Positions 38,906 to 47,660 of a stretch of 62,856 nucleotides of DNA are shown here, one piece after another. The stretch is from an uncultured Verrucomicrobia subdivision 3 bacterium (GTDB lineage: Bacteria > Verrucomicrobiota > Verrucomicrobiia > Limisphaerales > UBA11358). The notes under the pieces were generated by a model. The model ran no database searches. It had not been told where the DNA came from and was given only the letters and a program-made list of their open reading frames with translations. The first letter of the stretch is position 1. Each line of letters starts with the position of its first letter. The translations under genes and the position numbers were made by a program. The stretch is from positions 1 to 62,856 of the forward strand of contig CAIJGS010000329.1 in assembly GCA_903820285.1 (NCBI GenBank), given 5' to 3'.

Positions 38906-40138
38906 TCAAACCCATCGCGGTTTTATCAGCAGCCACCCCGCCAGAATCGGAAACAAACCCACCCCCAGCAACAGCGCGCCCAATGGGCGGTTCGGGCCGA
39001 CCGGATAACGGGATGGTTCCGCGTAACCGGTTATCCTGACTTGCTGTTGGGGGATTCTCAAGTTCACCCTTTCCGTCTCAATTTTTACGCCCAGCACGTG
39101 GTGCTCGTCCAACAGTTTTCTAGCCTCCCAATAGGGTTGTTCATTAACCCCTTTCTGCTGGCGTTGCTTTGCTTCTGTCACTGCCTGAACAAGCATGTCG
39201 GTGACGGCTTTTTGTGACGCCAACCTGGTTTCAATGCCGGACACAATGCCAGTCATCCGGTCGTCAATTTGCTCGTTTAACTGGCTTATCCGGTGCCGAA
39301 GCTTTAACCGCACCGGATCGTTCGTTGGGTATTCGCTTTTCAACCGCTCATCTTGCCGCTCGGCTTCATGCAGCTTCTCCAGTAACATGGATAATGTTCC
39401 ATCGGGCCAGATGGCCGGCAACACCTCCCGCAGCCTGTCCTTGCGGTCCTTATTCAAACTCTTTAACTGATACATTTGCGTGTATAGGTTTTGATATGTT
39501 TTTCCCGTTTCATTAATCATCTCTTGGTAATGAGCGATCATTGATATAGGTATTGAATAGTCAGGAGATAACCCCAGCTTTTTTGCCAGCGCATTGACGT
39601 TCGACTGAACCGTCACAATCTCCTTTTCCTGGTCTTGATACCAGGCTTCGAGAAAATTGATGTTCTTCTTTTCCGTCTCGATTCGCAGGCTTTCAAGATA
39701 ATCCTCAAAACATTGACACAAGGTATTGGCCAACCGAGCGGCTTCCTTCGGATCCTCACTGTAAAAGGAGATGACGATCTGCAGCGGATTGGTTCCCAGC
39801 TTCAACTCCATCCGTTGCCGCAACCCATCAATCACCGTTGGCATATTCAGTTTGCTGTTCCCCGCACCACGGTTCTTGGCCCAGACCACCGGCAGGTTCA
39901 AATCCACCGCCAGATTGGATAGGATCAGATCCGACTGTAATGCTTGCGGAGAAAAAATGACCCCATCACGCCCGCCATAGGAAACATCGCCGGGGTTGAA
40001 TGCCGGCTTCCGGCCCTCGGTCGTGGCCGTCGCGCGATACTGGTTGTGACTCACCAACAACCTCAGCCCCGCACCCGCCACCACCAACCCGCCCACTAAC
40101 AGCGCGAGCCCGAGGATTTTGGTCTGCCGTAAATGCAT
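38906..40138 (-). CDS. GumC/Wzc-like polysaccharide chain-length determinant without kinase domain
   Basis: N-terminal TM + YRATAT; DPKEAARLANT; coiled coils; AEPS..PVGPNR + C-terminal TM. Confidence 0.75.
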   Translation of the reverse strand: MHLRQTKILGLALLVGGLVVAGAGLRLLVSHNQYRATATTEGRKPAFNPGDVSYGGRDGVIFSPQALQSDLILSNLAVDLNLPVVWAKNRGAGNSKLNMPTVIDGLRQRMELKLGTNPLQIVISFYSEDPKEAARLANTLCQCFEDYLESLRIETEKKNINFLEAWYQDQEKEIVTVQSNVNALAKKLGLSPDYSIPISMIAHYQEMINETGKTYQNLYTQMYQLKSLNKDRKDRLREVLPAIWPDGTLSMLLEKLHEAERQDERLKSEYPTNDPVRLKLRHRISQLNEQIDDRMTGIVSGIETRLASQKAVTDMLVQAVTEAKQRQQKGVNEQPYWEARKLLDEHHVLGVKIETERVNLRIPQQQVRITGYAEPSRYPVGPNRPLGALLLGVGLFPILAGWLLIKPRWV

Positions 40139-40216
40139 AAGCGGTCAAACCATAGACCCCGATTTCGGTCATCGTGTTCAAAACCAAAGCACCCAATTTT
40201 TTCCATTTCACAGGCG

Positions 40217-40642
40217 TCACCCGATAAACAATTCCGCGCCCACCTTGAAATGCGCCGCCAGTTTGCGGACATGCGGCAGGGTCAGATTGCGGTCACCCCG
40301 TAAAATCATGGCTCCCAGATTTCGGCTGCCACCCAAAATGCGGGACAAATCGGCCGCTGTTTGGCCGTGTTCGGACAGCAGATGCTTAAGTATGTCCACG
40401 CCCCGCAAGGCGGGCCACTTAACATGTTCCGCGTCGTATTCCTCAATAAGCGAGCAGAGCAGGTCAAAATAATCGGCCTGGTCCGGGGTGAAATCTTCCT
40501 GCCACAGCACCATGGCATCAGCTACTTCCGCCACGTTCGCATATTCCACGGCATCATGAATGGGACGCGGCAGCAACCCCCGGCACAAACCCGCGTAGTC
40601 CTTGGGCAGATCCGCAAAGCGAATTTTGGTTTTGGTCTTCAT
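40217..40642 (-). CDS. higA: HigA-type HTH antitoxin (orphan)
   Basis: PRPIHD..EY, YFDLLCSLIEEYD, LKHLL.EHG.TAADL.RILG, ILRGDRNLT..HVRKLA.HF. Confidence 0.8.
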   Translation of the reverse strand: MKTKTKIRFADLPKDYAGLCRGLLPRPIHDAVEYANVAEVADAMVLWQEDFTPDQADYFDLLCSLIEEYDAEHVKWPALRGVDILKHLLSEHGQTAADLSRILGGSRNLGAMILRGDRNLTLPHVRKLAAHFKVGAELFIG

Positions 40643-40734
40643 AGCTCGTCTATACAGGGTCGGTGCTGTATTTGTAATATAATATCTATGCAGGGGTGTC
40701 TTTCCGAAGATCAATCTATCGGTTGATGAGGCTC

Positions 40735-40865
40735 CCCCATCCGGCCTCCGGCCACCTTCCCCCATCCGATGGGGAAAGGAAGAACCTAGGGTGGCGGCAC
40801 CTGGGGTGGCGGTCCATCTCATGGGCCTTACCCCAGGCTAATATCCTGCATCCATTGAGGATGCC
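40735..40865. repeat. REP-like hairpins upstream of higA
   Basis: CCTTCCCCCATCCGATGGGGAAAGG; CCTGGGGT..ACCCCAGG; GCATCC..GGATGC. Confidence 0.5.
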
Positions 40866-40976
40866 CAGAGGCTCATTGGCTGTTTCCAGCCCTTTGTAAA
40901 ATGGGAGCAGACCTTATTTGACGGCCACAAAGATGTGGGTAAAGAAAGGCCGCACGTCGGCTGCTACCCTGCAACT

Positions 40977-41600
40977 CTACTTCTTCCCCATCGCCTCCGC
41001 CGTCAGCGCGGTCACCTTGGCCCACTGTTTCTCCGCCACCAGCTTGCGCTCGGCCATCCAGGAACCACCCACGGCTGCCACCTGAGGCAGGGCCAGATAT
41101 GTCGGCAACGTCGCCGCCGTGATGCCGCCGGTGGGAATGAATTTCACGCCCGTGTGGCCGAATGGTCCGATCAGGGCCTTCAGTGCATTCACGCCACCAA
41201 ACGTTTCCGCCGGGAAAAATTTCAGCGTCTTCCAGCCCAGATCCAGCGCCCGGATGATTTCCGACGGCGTGACAATGCCCGGGAACAGCGGCAGCTTCAG
41301 GTCATGCGCCGCCTTGGACACCGCTTCGCTCAGGCCCGGCGACACCCCGAACTGCGCCCCGGCATCCACCGCTTGCTTCACCTGATCGGCCGTCAGCAGC
41401 GTGCCCGCGCCCACACACGCAGCGGACACATTTTTGCGGATCCGCGCAATGGCTTCCGCCGCGCCCGCCGTACGAAACGTCACTTCAATGGTGTTCAAAC
41501 CGCCCGCGATCAACGCCTCCGCCAGCGGTACGGCATCGTCCGCCTGATCAATGACCGCCACGCAAACCAGCCGTTGTTGCAAATAAATCGGTGTATCCAT
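40977..41600 (-). CDS. eda: KDPG/KHG aldolase
   Basis: IEVTFRT, VGAGT, FGVSPG, PGIVTPSE, LKFFPA, FIPTGGI, VGGSW. Confidence 0.95.
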   Translation of the reverse strand: MDTPIYLQQRLVCVAVIDQADDAVPLAEALIAGGLNTIEVTFRTAGAAEAIARIRKNVSAACVGAGTLLTADQVKQAVDAGAQFGVSPGLSEAVSKAAHDLKLPLFPGIVTPSEIIRALDLGWKTLKFFPAETFGGVNALKALIGPFGHTGVKFIPTGGITAATLPTYLALPQVAAVGGSWMAERKLVAEKQWAKVTALTAEAMGKK

Positions 41601-41678
41601 AATCGTTGCCCGCCAGCATGCCGGATTTCGCCCCCGGATGGAATTGATTTCAGCGCGGGAATCGGTTACAGTATCAAC

Positions 41679-42809
41679 GTGATTTACGACGCGTCATTGG
41701 ACGATTTGCTGCAAAAAGTCTGGGATGGTAAGCGCATTGACCGGGCCGATGCCCTGCGCCTGTCCCATCTGCCGCTGGAAGAGCTGGGTACGCTGGCCAA
41801 CCGCCGCCGCGAGCTCGCCAAGCAATCCGCCTATAACGGGCGCGGCAACGAGATCGTCACCTACAACGTGGACCGCAACGTGAATTACACGAACGTCTGC
41901 AATGTCTATTGCAAGTTCTGCGCGTTTTACCGGACGGAAAAGGATACCGATTCCTACGTGATCAGTCTGGCGGAGATGGACCAGAAGATTGCCGAAACCC
42001 TCGCGCTGGGCGGCACGCAGATTCTCATGCAGGGCGGGCATCATCCCAAGCTCACCAAGCAATGGTATCTGGACCTGCTCTCGCACATTAAAAATAAGTG
42101 GCCGCAGATCAACATCCACGGTTTCAGCCCCAGCGAGTTCGTCCATTTCCGCGAAGTGTTCAATGAGCCGCTGGAAAAGATCATTGCCGATTTCAAGACC
42201 GCCGGCCTGGGCTCCATTCCCGGCGGCGGCGGCGAAATTCTGGTGGACCGCGTCCGCCAGCGCATTTCCCCGCTGAAGGCCATGAGCAGCGACTGGCTGG
42301 AGGTCATGGATATCGCGCACAGTCAGGGCCTCTATTCCTCGGCCACGATGATGTTCGGTCACGTGGAAACCATTGAGGACCGCATTGAACATCTCGACCG
42401 TTTGCGCGTGCAGCAGGACAAGTCGCTGCAACGGCGCGCCGCCAGCACCGGCGGCACCCTGCCCGGTCATTTCACGGCGTTCATCTGCTGGACATTCCAG
42501 GCGGAGCACACCAAGCTGAAAGCCCCCACGGTCGGCGCGCATGATTATCTGCGCACGCAGGCGCTGGGCCGCATCTACCTCGACAATTTTGAAAACATCC
42601 AGAGCTCGTGGGTGACGCAGGGTCTGGAAATCGGCCAGGTGGCGCTGAAATACGGCGCGAACGATCTGGGCAGCATCATGATCGAGGAAAACGTGGTGTC
42701 GCAGGCCGGCACCACCTTCCACATGACCGTGCCGGACATGCACCGCCTGATCGGCGATCTGGGCTACGAACCGCATCAGCGCGACAACTGGTACAAGCTG
42801 GTGAATTAA
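41679..42809 (+). CDS. mqnC: Cyclic dehypoxanthine futalosine synthase (radical SAM, CofH family)
   Basis: NYTNVCNVYCKFCAF, SIPGGGGEIL, TMMFGH, QSSWVTQG, GANDLGSIMIEENVV; GTG 6 nt after TTGATT-17-TACAGT. Confidence 0.88.
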   Translation: MIYDASLDDLLQKVWDGKRIDRADALRLSHLPLEELGTLANRRRELAKQSAYNGRGNEIVTYNVDRNVNYTNVCNVYCKFCAFYRTEKDTDSYVISLAEMDQKIAETLALGGTQILMQGGHHPKLTKQWYLDLLSHIKNKWPQINIHGFSPSEFVHFREVFNEPLEKIIADFKTAGLGSIPGGGGEILVDRVRQRISPLKAMSSDWLEVMDIAHSQGLYSSATMMFGHVETIEDRIEHLDRLRVQQDKSLQRRAASTGGTLPGHFTAFICWTFQAEHTKLKAPTVGAHDYLRTQALGRIYLDNFENIQSSWVTQGLEIGQVALKYGANDLGSIMIEENVVSQAGTTFHMTVPDMHRLIGDLGYEPHQRDNWYKLVN

Positions 42810-42842
42810 CGGCGGTAAATTAATTTTTCAGCCCACATTTTT

Positions 42843-43628
42843 GTGTCTGCCGAAACTCCCCGCATCAGCGTTGTGCTCCCCTGTCACAACGAACAGGACA
42901 ATCTGCGCCCGCTCATCGCCGCCATCAGCGCGGCGCTGGATCCGCGCGGCGAGCCGTATGAAATCGTGATCACCGATGACCGGAGCACGGACAATTCGTG
43001 GACACTGCTCAAACAGATCGCGACGGAGAATCCTCGCATACGCGTACAGCGGTTTGTGCGCAATGCCGGTCAGTCCGCCGCCGTATGGGCCGGCGTGCAG
43101 GCGGCGCGCGGCGAAATTATTGTGACCTTGGACGCGGACCTGCAAAACGATCCGGCAGACATGCCCAAGCTGCTGGATGCGCTAAAAGATTGCGACTGCG
43201 CCACCGGTTCCCGCGTGGCGGCTCGTGCGGCCGGCGACAACCTCACCCGCCAGCTTTCCTCCAAGATTGCAAATTCGGTGCGCAACAAGATCACCGGCGA
43301 GCAGGTGGGCGATGCCGCGTGCGGCTTCCGGGCCTTCCGCCGGGAGTGCGCCATGCAGCTCAAGTTTTTCAAGGGCATGCACCGGTTTCTCGCCACGCTG
43401 TTCCGCATCGAAGGTTTCAAAGTGGTGGAAGTGCCCATCAGCCATCATCCGCGCAACGCGGGCAAGAGCCACTATGGCGTGCTGAACCGGGCGTTCAGCG
43501 CCAGCTACGATCTCTTCGCCGTGCGCTGGATGAAAAAGCGCATGTTCCGCTATTACGTGGAAGAATGTCAGCCGCCGGAAATGCGGAATCCGCACATGGG
43601 CCGCATCTGGCGCGGGCCGGAGACGTAA
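42843..43628 (+). CDS. GT2 glycosyltransferase (polyprenol-phosphate/DPM1-like)
   Basis: SVVLPCHNE, DDRSTD, NAGQS, LDADLQNDP, GMHRF. Confidence 0.9.
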   Translation: MSAETPRISVVLPCHNEQDNLRPLIAAISAALDPRGEPYEIVITDDRSTDNSWTLLKQIATENPRIRVQRFVRNAGQSAAVWAGVQAARGEIIVTLDADLQNDPADMPKLLDALKDCDCATGSRVAARAAGDNLTRQLSSKIANSVRNKITGEQVGDAACGFRAFRRECAMQLKFFKGMHRFLATLFRIEGFKVVEVPISHHPRNAGKSHYGVLNRAFSASYDLFAVRWMKKRMFRYYVEECQPPEMRNPHMGRIWRGPET

Positions 43629-43714
43629 GCAGGTAAAGCCGGGGAAATATCCAACACCCAACATCGAACGCCCAACATCCAATGAAAAGGGGGCGGGAAG
43701 AAGTATGTTTTGAG

Positions 43715-43874
43715 CTCGCCCTCACCTGTATCCTCCACCGGGGAGAGCGGGTTTTCCTGGCATCCTTTCCAGTCATTCGCCCACCGGTCCGACCAATCCA
43801 GCCGCTCGATTCACGACAGACGCGGCAACCGTTTCTCCCTCGCCTCGGGGGAGAGGGCCGGGGTGAGGGCGAGC
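43715..43874 (-). repeat. ~160-bp double-hairpin repeat, reverse orientation
   Basis: Ends GGGGAGAGGGCCGGGGTGAGGGCGAG; core GACCAATCCAGCCGCT is the reverse complement of the 21181/23985 core. Confidence 0.8.
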
Positions 43875-43928
43875 GTTATACCATATAAATATAAGTCTGG
43901 CATCGTGTCAGGCGTTTTCCATAGGCAC

Positions 43929-43959
43929 AAAAAACGGGCGGCAATCACTTGCCGCCCGT
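43929..43959 (-). terminator. Intrinsic terminator of the LysR gene
   Basis: ACGGGCGGCAA-4-TTGCCGCCCGT followed by a U-tract on the minus strand. Confidence 0.8.
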
Positions 43960-43985
43960 GGTGTTTCGGTCCTTAAACGACCGGA

Positions 43986-44867
43986 TTAAATCGTATCCTT
44001 GAGGATGGTCAGGAACTGCTTCATGGCCGGTGAGAGCACCTTGTTCTTCTTATAAATTGCGGCCAGCGGACGGTAGAATTCGCCGTCATCAATTTCAATC
44101 GCCACCAGCGTCTGCTTGCTGATTTCCTGCGTCACCGTGCCGAGGGGCACGATGGAGATGCCGGCGTCGATTTCCACGGCGCGCTTCACGGTTTCCACGT
44201 TGTCGAATTCCATGACGTGCTTCACATCCACGCCGTGCTCGCGCAGGATCTTGTCCAGCGCCTTGCGGGTGGGGATGTCCGGCTCGAAACCAATGACCTT
44301 CTGGCCGACGAGATTTTTGAGCTTGATCGTCTTCTGGCGCGTAAACGGATGCTGCGGATGGCAGATCAGCACGAGGGGTTCCTTGCGGAGCGGAACGATT
44401 TCGAGCTTCGAATCCTTCTGCGGATAGGCAACTAGGCCGAGGTCCACCACGTTGCTGAACACATCTTCATACACCTGATTGGCGCGGCGGTATTCCACGT
44501 GCACGTTCACCGTGGGATAGCTCTTCATGAACTTCTTGATGTACGGCGGCAGATCGTGGAGGCCAATGGAGTAAATCGTGGCCACGCGGATGGTGCCGGA
44601 AATGATGTCCTTCAGCTCCTGCAGCTTGCTGTGGAGGGACTCATAAGTCTGGATGATTTGTTTGCTGTAATCATACAATACCTGGCCCTCGCGGGTGAGG
44701 CGGAACTTCTTTTTGCTGCGCTCAATGAGCAGCGATTTGAAAACGCGTTCAAGGGAACTAATCTGCTGGCTCACGGCAGACTGGGTTACCCCGTTGATTT
44801 GGGCGGCCTTGGTGAAGCTTTCCGTCTCCGCCAAGTCACAAAAAACTTTAAGGCTTTCGATTTGCAT
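43986..44867 (-). CDS. LysR-family transcriptional regulator
   Basis: SFTKAA..NGVTQSAVSQQI..LE, LTREG, substrate-binding domain. Confidence 0.95.
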   Translation of the reverse strand: MQIESLKVFCDLAETESFTKAAQINGVTQSAVSQQISSLERVFKSLLIERSKKKFRLTREGQVLYDYSKQIIQTYESLHSKLQELKDIISGTIRVATIYSIGLHDLPPYIKKFMKSYPTVNVHVEYRRANQVYEDVFSNVVDLGLVAYPQKDSKLEIVPLRKEPLVLICHPQHPFTRQKTIKLKNLVGQKVIGFEPDIPTRKALDKILREHGVDVKHVMEFDNVETVKRAVEIDAGISIVPLGTVTQEISKQTLVAIEIDDGEFYRPLAAIYKKNKVLSPAMKQFLTILKDTI

Positions 44868-45116
44868 AAGCTCAGTTAACGCCAAGAGTCATCTCAAGTC
44901 AATACCTGCATGCAAATTTTCGTACGGGTGACTAATTGGCAAGGGATGGTTGGACAAGGTAAGGTTTTGGGGTAATCCAGCTAAACCGTTGGATTACCGT
45001 ACGGAATGATCGGGGAAAGGGGGATGGGAACATCCAACATCCAACATCCAATGAAGGAGAAAAAGGCGCGCGGGGAGGTGGCGGGCACGGCGTGACGTGC
45101 CCCACCGGGACCGACG

Positions 45117-45407
45117 TCAGGCCGGCACCAATTCAATCTTCACTTTGCGACCCAGCGCCCGGGCGGCTTTGCCCAGCGTGTTCAAGGTAACCGAGGAGTT
45201 GGAGGCATCCAGCAGCCGATCCACCGCCGCGCGACTGGTTTTCATCCGGGCCGCCATTTGCGTCTTGGTGAGTTCCTGTTCTTTCAAAAGGTGCTCCAAT
45301 TGCCGGCTCAACGCTTGTTTCAGCGCCCGGGACTCGACTTCACCGAGAATGCCCTGTTCATTCAGGAAATCCCTGAAGTCGCCACCATGATGGTTTTTTT
45401 TGCTCAT
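45117..45407 (-). CDS. XRE-family HTH antitoxin
   Basis: HGGDFRDFL, LTKTQMAARMKTSRAAVDRLLD, TLNTL.KAA.ALG. Confidence 0.88.
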   Translation of the reverse strand: MSKKNHHGGDFRDFLNEQGILGEVESRALKQALSRQLEHLLKEQELTKTQMAARMKTSRAAVDRLLDASNSSVTLNTLGKAARALGRKVKIELVPA

Positions 45408-45748
45408 AACAGATATTGTCTTTTTCGTTTTTTCGCCAGTTCCAGTTCGCCTTGCGGGGTCTTTTGCTGCTTCTTGATGAAGCCATGCAGCAGCACGATT
45501 TCCTGATCCACCAGCGCGAACAGTGTCCGCGCGATGCGATTATCCAGCCGTGAACGGACTTCCCAAATGCCGTCACCGAGGTTATCAACCAGCGGCTTGC
45601 CGATCGGCCACGCATATTGCACCGTCAGAATGTCCGTGCCGATGACCTTGCAATCCTCTTTGGATAAAGCTTTCAACCATTCCCGCACCGGTTCATTGCC
45701 GGTGTCCGTCTTGAAAAAAATGACTTTGAGCGGCCGTTCAGCTTTCAT
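45404..45748 (-). CDS. RelE/ParE-family (Gp49-like) toxin
   Basis: GNEPVREWL, LGDGIWEVR, LLHGFIKK.QKTP..ELELA..R; ATGA overlap with the antitoxin. Confidence 0.9.
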   Translation of the reverse strand: MKAERPLKVIFFKTDTGNEPVREWLKALSKEDCKVIGTDILTVQYAWPIGKPLVDNLGDGIWEVRSRLDNRIARTLFALVDQEIVLLHGFIKKQQKTPQGELELAKKRKRQYLL

Positions 45749-45757
45749 CCGTCATGC

Positions 45758-45785
45758 AACGTATCAGAAATGATACGTTTGTCAA
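45758..45785 (-). promoter_or_regulatory. TA promoter with overlapping operator
   Basis: TTGACA-16-TACGTT; perfect inverted repeat AACGTATCA-gaaa-TGATACGTT (45758-45779). Confidence 0.75.
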
Positions 45786-45911
45786 TTTTCGCTGCGCAAA
45801 ATATTGATCCGAAGATGATCGGGTTGAGGGCGGCGGAGACGGCGGGATATTGCGTGAGCAACCCCGCGAGTGCGTCGTGATTGGTGGAGCATTGGCAAAT
45901 CGGCCGCGTCA

Positions 45912-46035
45912 TGGAGGGCGGCGGGAAGCGGAGCGCCACGCCGCTTTCGCCCGTATGATGCGGATAAAATGGAGCATGGCGTCCCCATGCGCTCGAAAGC
46001 GGTGTCGCCGCTGCGCTCTGACACCGCAATCCATG
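45912..46035. repeat. REP-like inverted hairpin pair
   Basis: GGAGGGCGGCGGGAAGCGGAGCGCCACGCCGCTTT ... AAAGCGGTGTCGCCGCTGCGCTCTGACACCGCAATCC. Confidence 0.6.
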
Positions 46036-46109
46036 ACGCGTTGGGCACGCGGGAGCGGTGGCCGTCGCGCCAGCGTCTTGAGCCCCTTTAAAAACTTTGC
46101 CGAGCTGGC

Positions 46110-46552
46110 TCATAACCAACCCTCCACAAATGGCAGCCATCTGCGAAGTAAGCTGACGACCGGCCCAAGCAAGCGGTCTGATCGTAAAAACCCACGAGCC
46201 GAACGTCCGGCAGCCAACTCCCAAGCTACTCGCCAGCCGGTGTAAAAACCAAGCAAAGAGGCAAAGGCTGGAATGGCGATGATGAATAACGCCAGAAAAA
46301 TGATGATGACATCGGGCGGGCGAAAGAAATGCGATATGCCGAAAATGGCCAATAAAATCAGGCCAACAAAGGTGCTGAAATAAGCTGAAAAAGGAAAACG
46401 CCGGGAAATGAGCCTGCCATGCCCGCAGCAATTTTCTTGGCAAGGGCGCGTGTGTGTGGAGAAAACGCCAGAACAATCGCCACCATCCAAACCGCACACG
46501 CGGCAGCAAAGTAAACCATCAGAGCCAAAATGTATGCGAATGTCGGTGGCAT
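46110..46552 (-). pseudogene. Frameshifted membrane-protein gene cassette
   Basis: The 46358-46552 ORF joins the 46110 frame if one T is added at CCTTT(T)GTTGGC (~46368-46370), giving a continuous 4-TM protein. Confidence 0.65.
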
Positions 46553-46557
46553 AGGTG

Positions 46558-46646
46558 GCCTAACTTAAAAGGAGCCACCGCCTACTCGCGACGTGAACCG
46601 CGATAGCGGAACGGGCAGCGCCAACGGCGGCTCCGGCGACTTAGGC
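46558..46646 (-). mobile_element. Integron attC site
   Basis: On the minus strand GCCTAAG (contains the macro gene stop) ... GTTAGGC; inner GGAGCCGCCG/CGGTGGCTCC pairing; 89 bp; next ATG 5 nt after. Confidence 0.75.
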
Positions 46647-47111
46647 CACACGTCGAAATCTGACAAATCTAACCTCTCCATCATAATCAAACTTTCGTGT
46701 CTCATCCTGCATTATGTCCAGCGCCCGCTCGGGCGAGAAACCACCAGTGCCAGCGCCAATGAGTGGGAACGCGATGGAACGATAGCCTCGCTCGTGTGCG
46801 ATGGCGAGTGCGCTACGGACGCAACTGCGGATGGCTCGTTCAGACGACTGCCAGAATATGCTGATGCCAGCAACATGAATAATGCCACGAAAAGGCAATC
46901 GGCCTGCACATGTCTCGACAGCACCACCGAGTCGAATCGCACCTTTGCGCCCCAACTCTCGAAACGGCTCATAACCTGCCCGACGCTTAATCGCGCCCGA
47001 AACGCCCTGTGGCAACAACAACCACCAAGGGATGATATTTCTGTTCCAAGCGTTAACGATGACATCCACATCTTGGTCGAGCAAGTCTCCATCGGTGACT
47101 CGTATCTCCAT
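46641..47111 (-). CDS. Macro domain protein (gene cassette)
   Basis: GDLLDQDVDVIVNAWN, GVSGAI, GGAVET.AGRL, IIHVAG, SIAFPLIGAGTGG. Confidence 0.92.
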   Translation of the reverse strand: MEIRVTDGDLLDQDVDVIVNAWNRNIIPWWLLLPQGVSGAIKRRAGYEPFRELGRKGAIRLGGAVETCAGRLPFRGIIHVAGISIFWQSSERAIRSCVRSALAIAHERGYRSIAFPLIGAGTGGFSPERALDIMQDETRKFDYDGEVRFVRFRRVA

Positions 47112-47123
47112 GCGCGTAGTGTG

Positions 47124-47207
47124 GCCTAACATTGTTCTTCTACCGCCCGCTGCGGCACGATTATTTCCATGAGTTCGATCTTATTTAAGTCTTTTCCCTT
47201 TTGTCCA
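47124..47207 (-). promoter_or_regulatory. Putative attI core site and cassette promoter
   Basis: GTTAGGC at 47130-47124 with no upstream attC palindrome; TGGACA-18-TAAGAT at 47207-47178. Confidence 0.4.
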
Positions 47208-47474
47208 CAAATAATTAGCGCTCAAACATGCCCAATATGGGATTGGGAAATGCCACCCACAAAGCCTAATAATCCATTTCAACCACGAATTAACACCAAG
47301 GGACACGAATTGAGACGATGACCGGACGCAGAACTATATGATGGCATTTATCCCGGCCTCCGCTCGCGGGCTCGCTCCAGCCTGGGCAATAATACCATTT
47401 GGAGTTTGAAACTGCACAATAATCTTCGTGCACGAGGGTTGCCCGCGTTGAGCGCCAGCGGAGCGCGGCATTCA

Positions 47475-47612
47475 GAGCCTGTGTGAAAATATCCGAAACG
47501 CGAAAAATTCAGTCAAAAAACTGGTTCAAATCACCTTCGGAAAAAATCAAAATGCGCCATAAGCCAATTGTAAGCGCCGGTTTTTTTGGCGATTTGTTTT
47601 TCACACAGGCTC
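47475..47612. mobile_element. MITE with perfect 15-bp terminal inverted repeats
   Basis: GAGCCTGTGTGAAAA ... TTTTCACACAGGCTC, 138 bp, no transposase. Confidence 0.7.
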
Positions 47613-47660
47613 TGAAGCCCGCGCCCCGTACACGTCCACACCAGCCGCCCGCCCTACGCA

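Noticed and set aside
40935-41678. N-terminal extension of the 624-aa MqnC ORF
   Set aside because: It overlaps eda on the opposite strand; promoter geometry supports GTG at 41679.
21141-45053. Heptamer and 9-mer tandem repeats as CRISPR arrays
   Set aside because: No unique spacers of constant length and no cas genes.
45745-46509. 254-aa minus-strand ORF
   Set aside because: An alternate frame over the frameshifted cassette and REP region; the composition is implausible.
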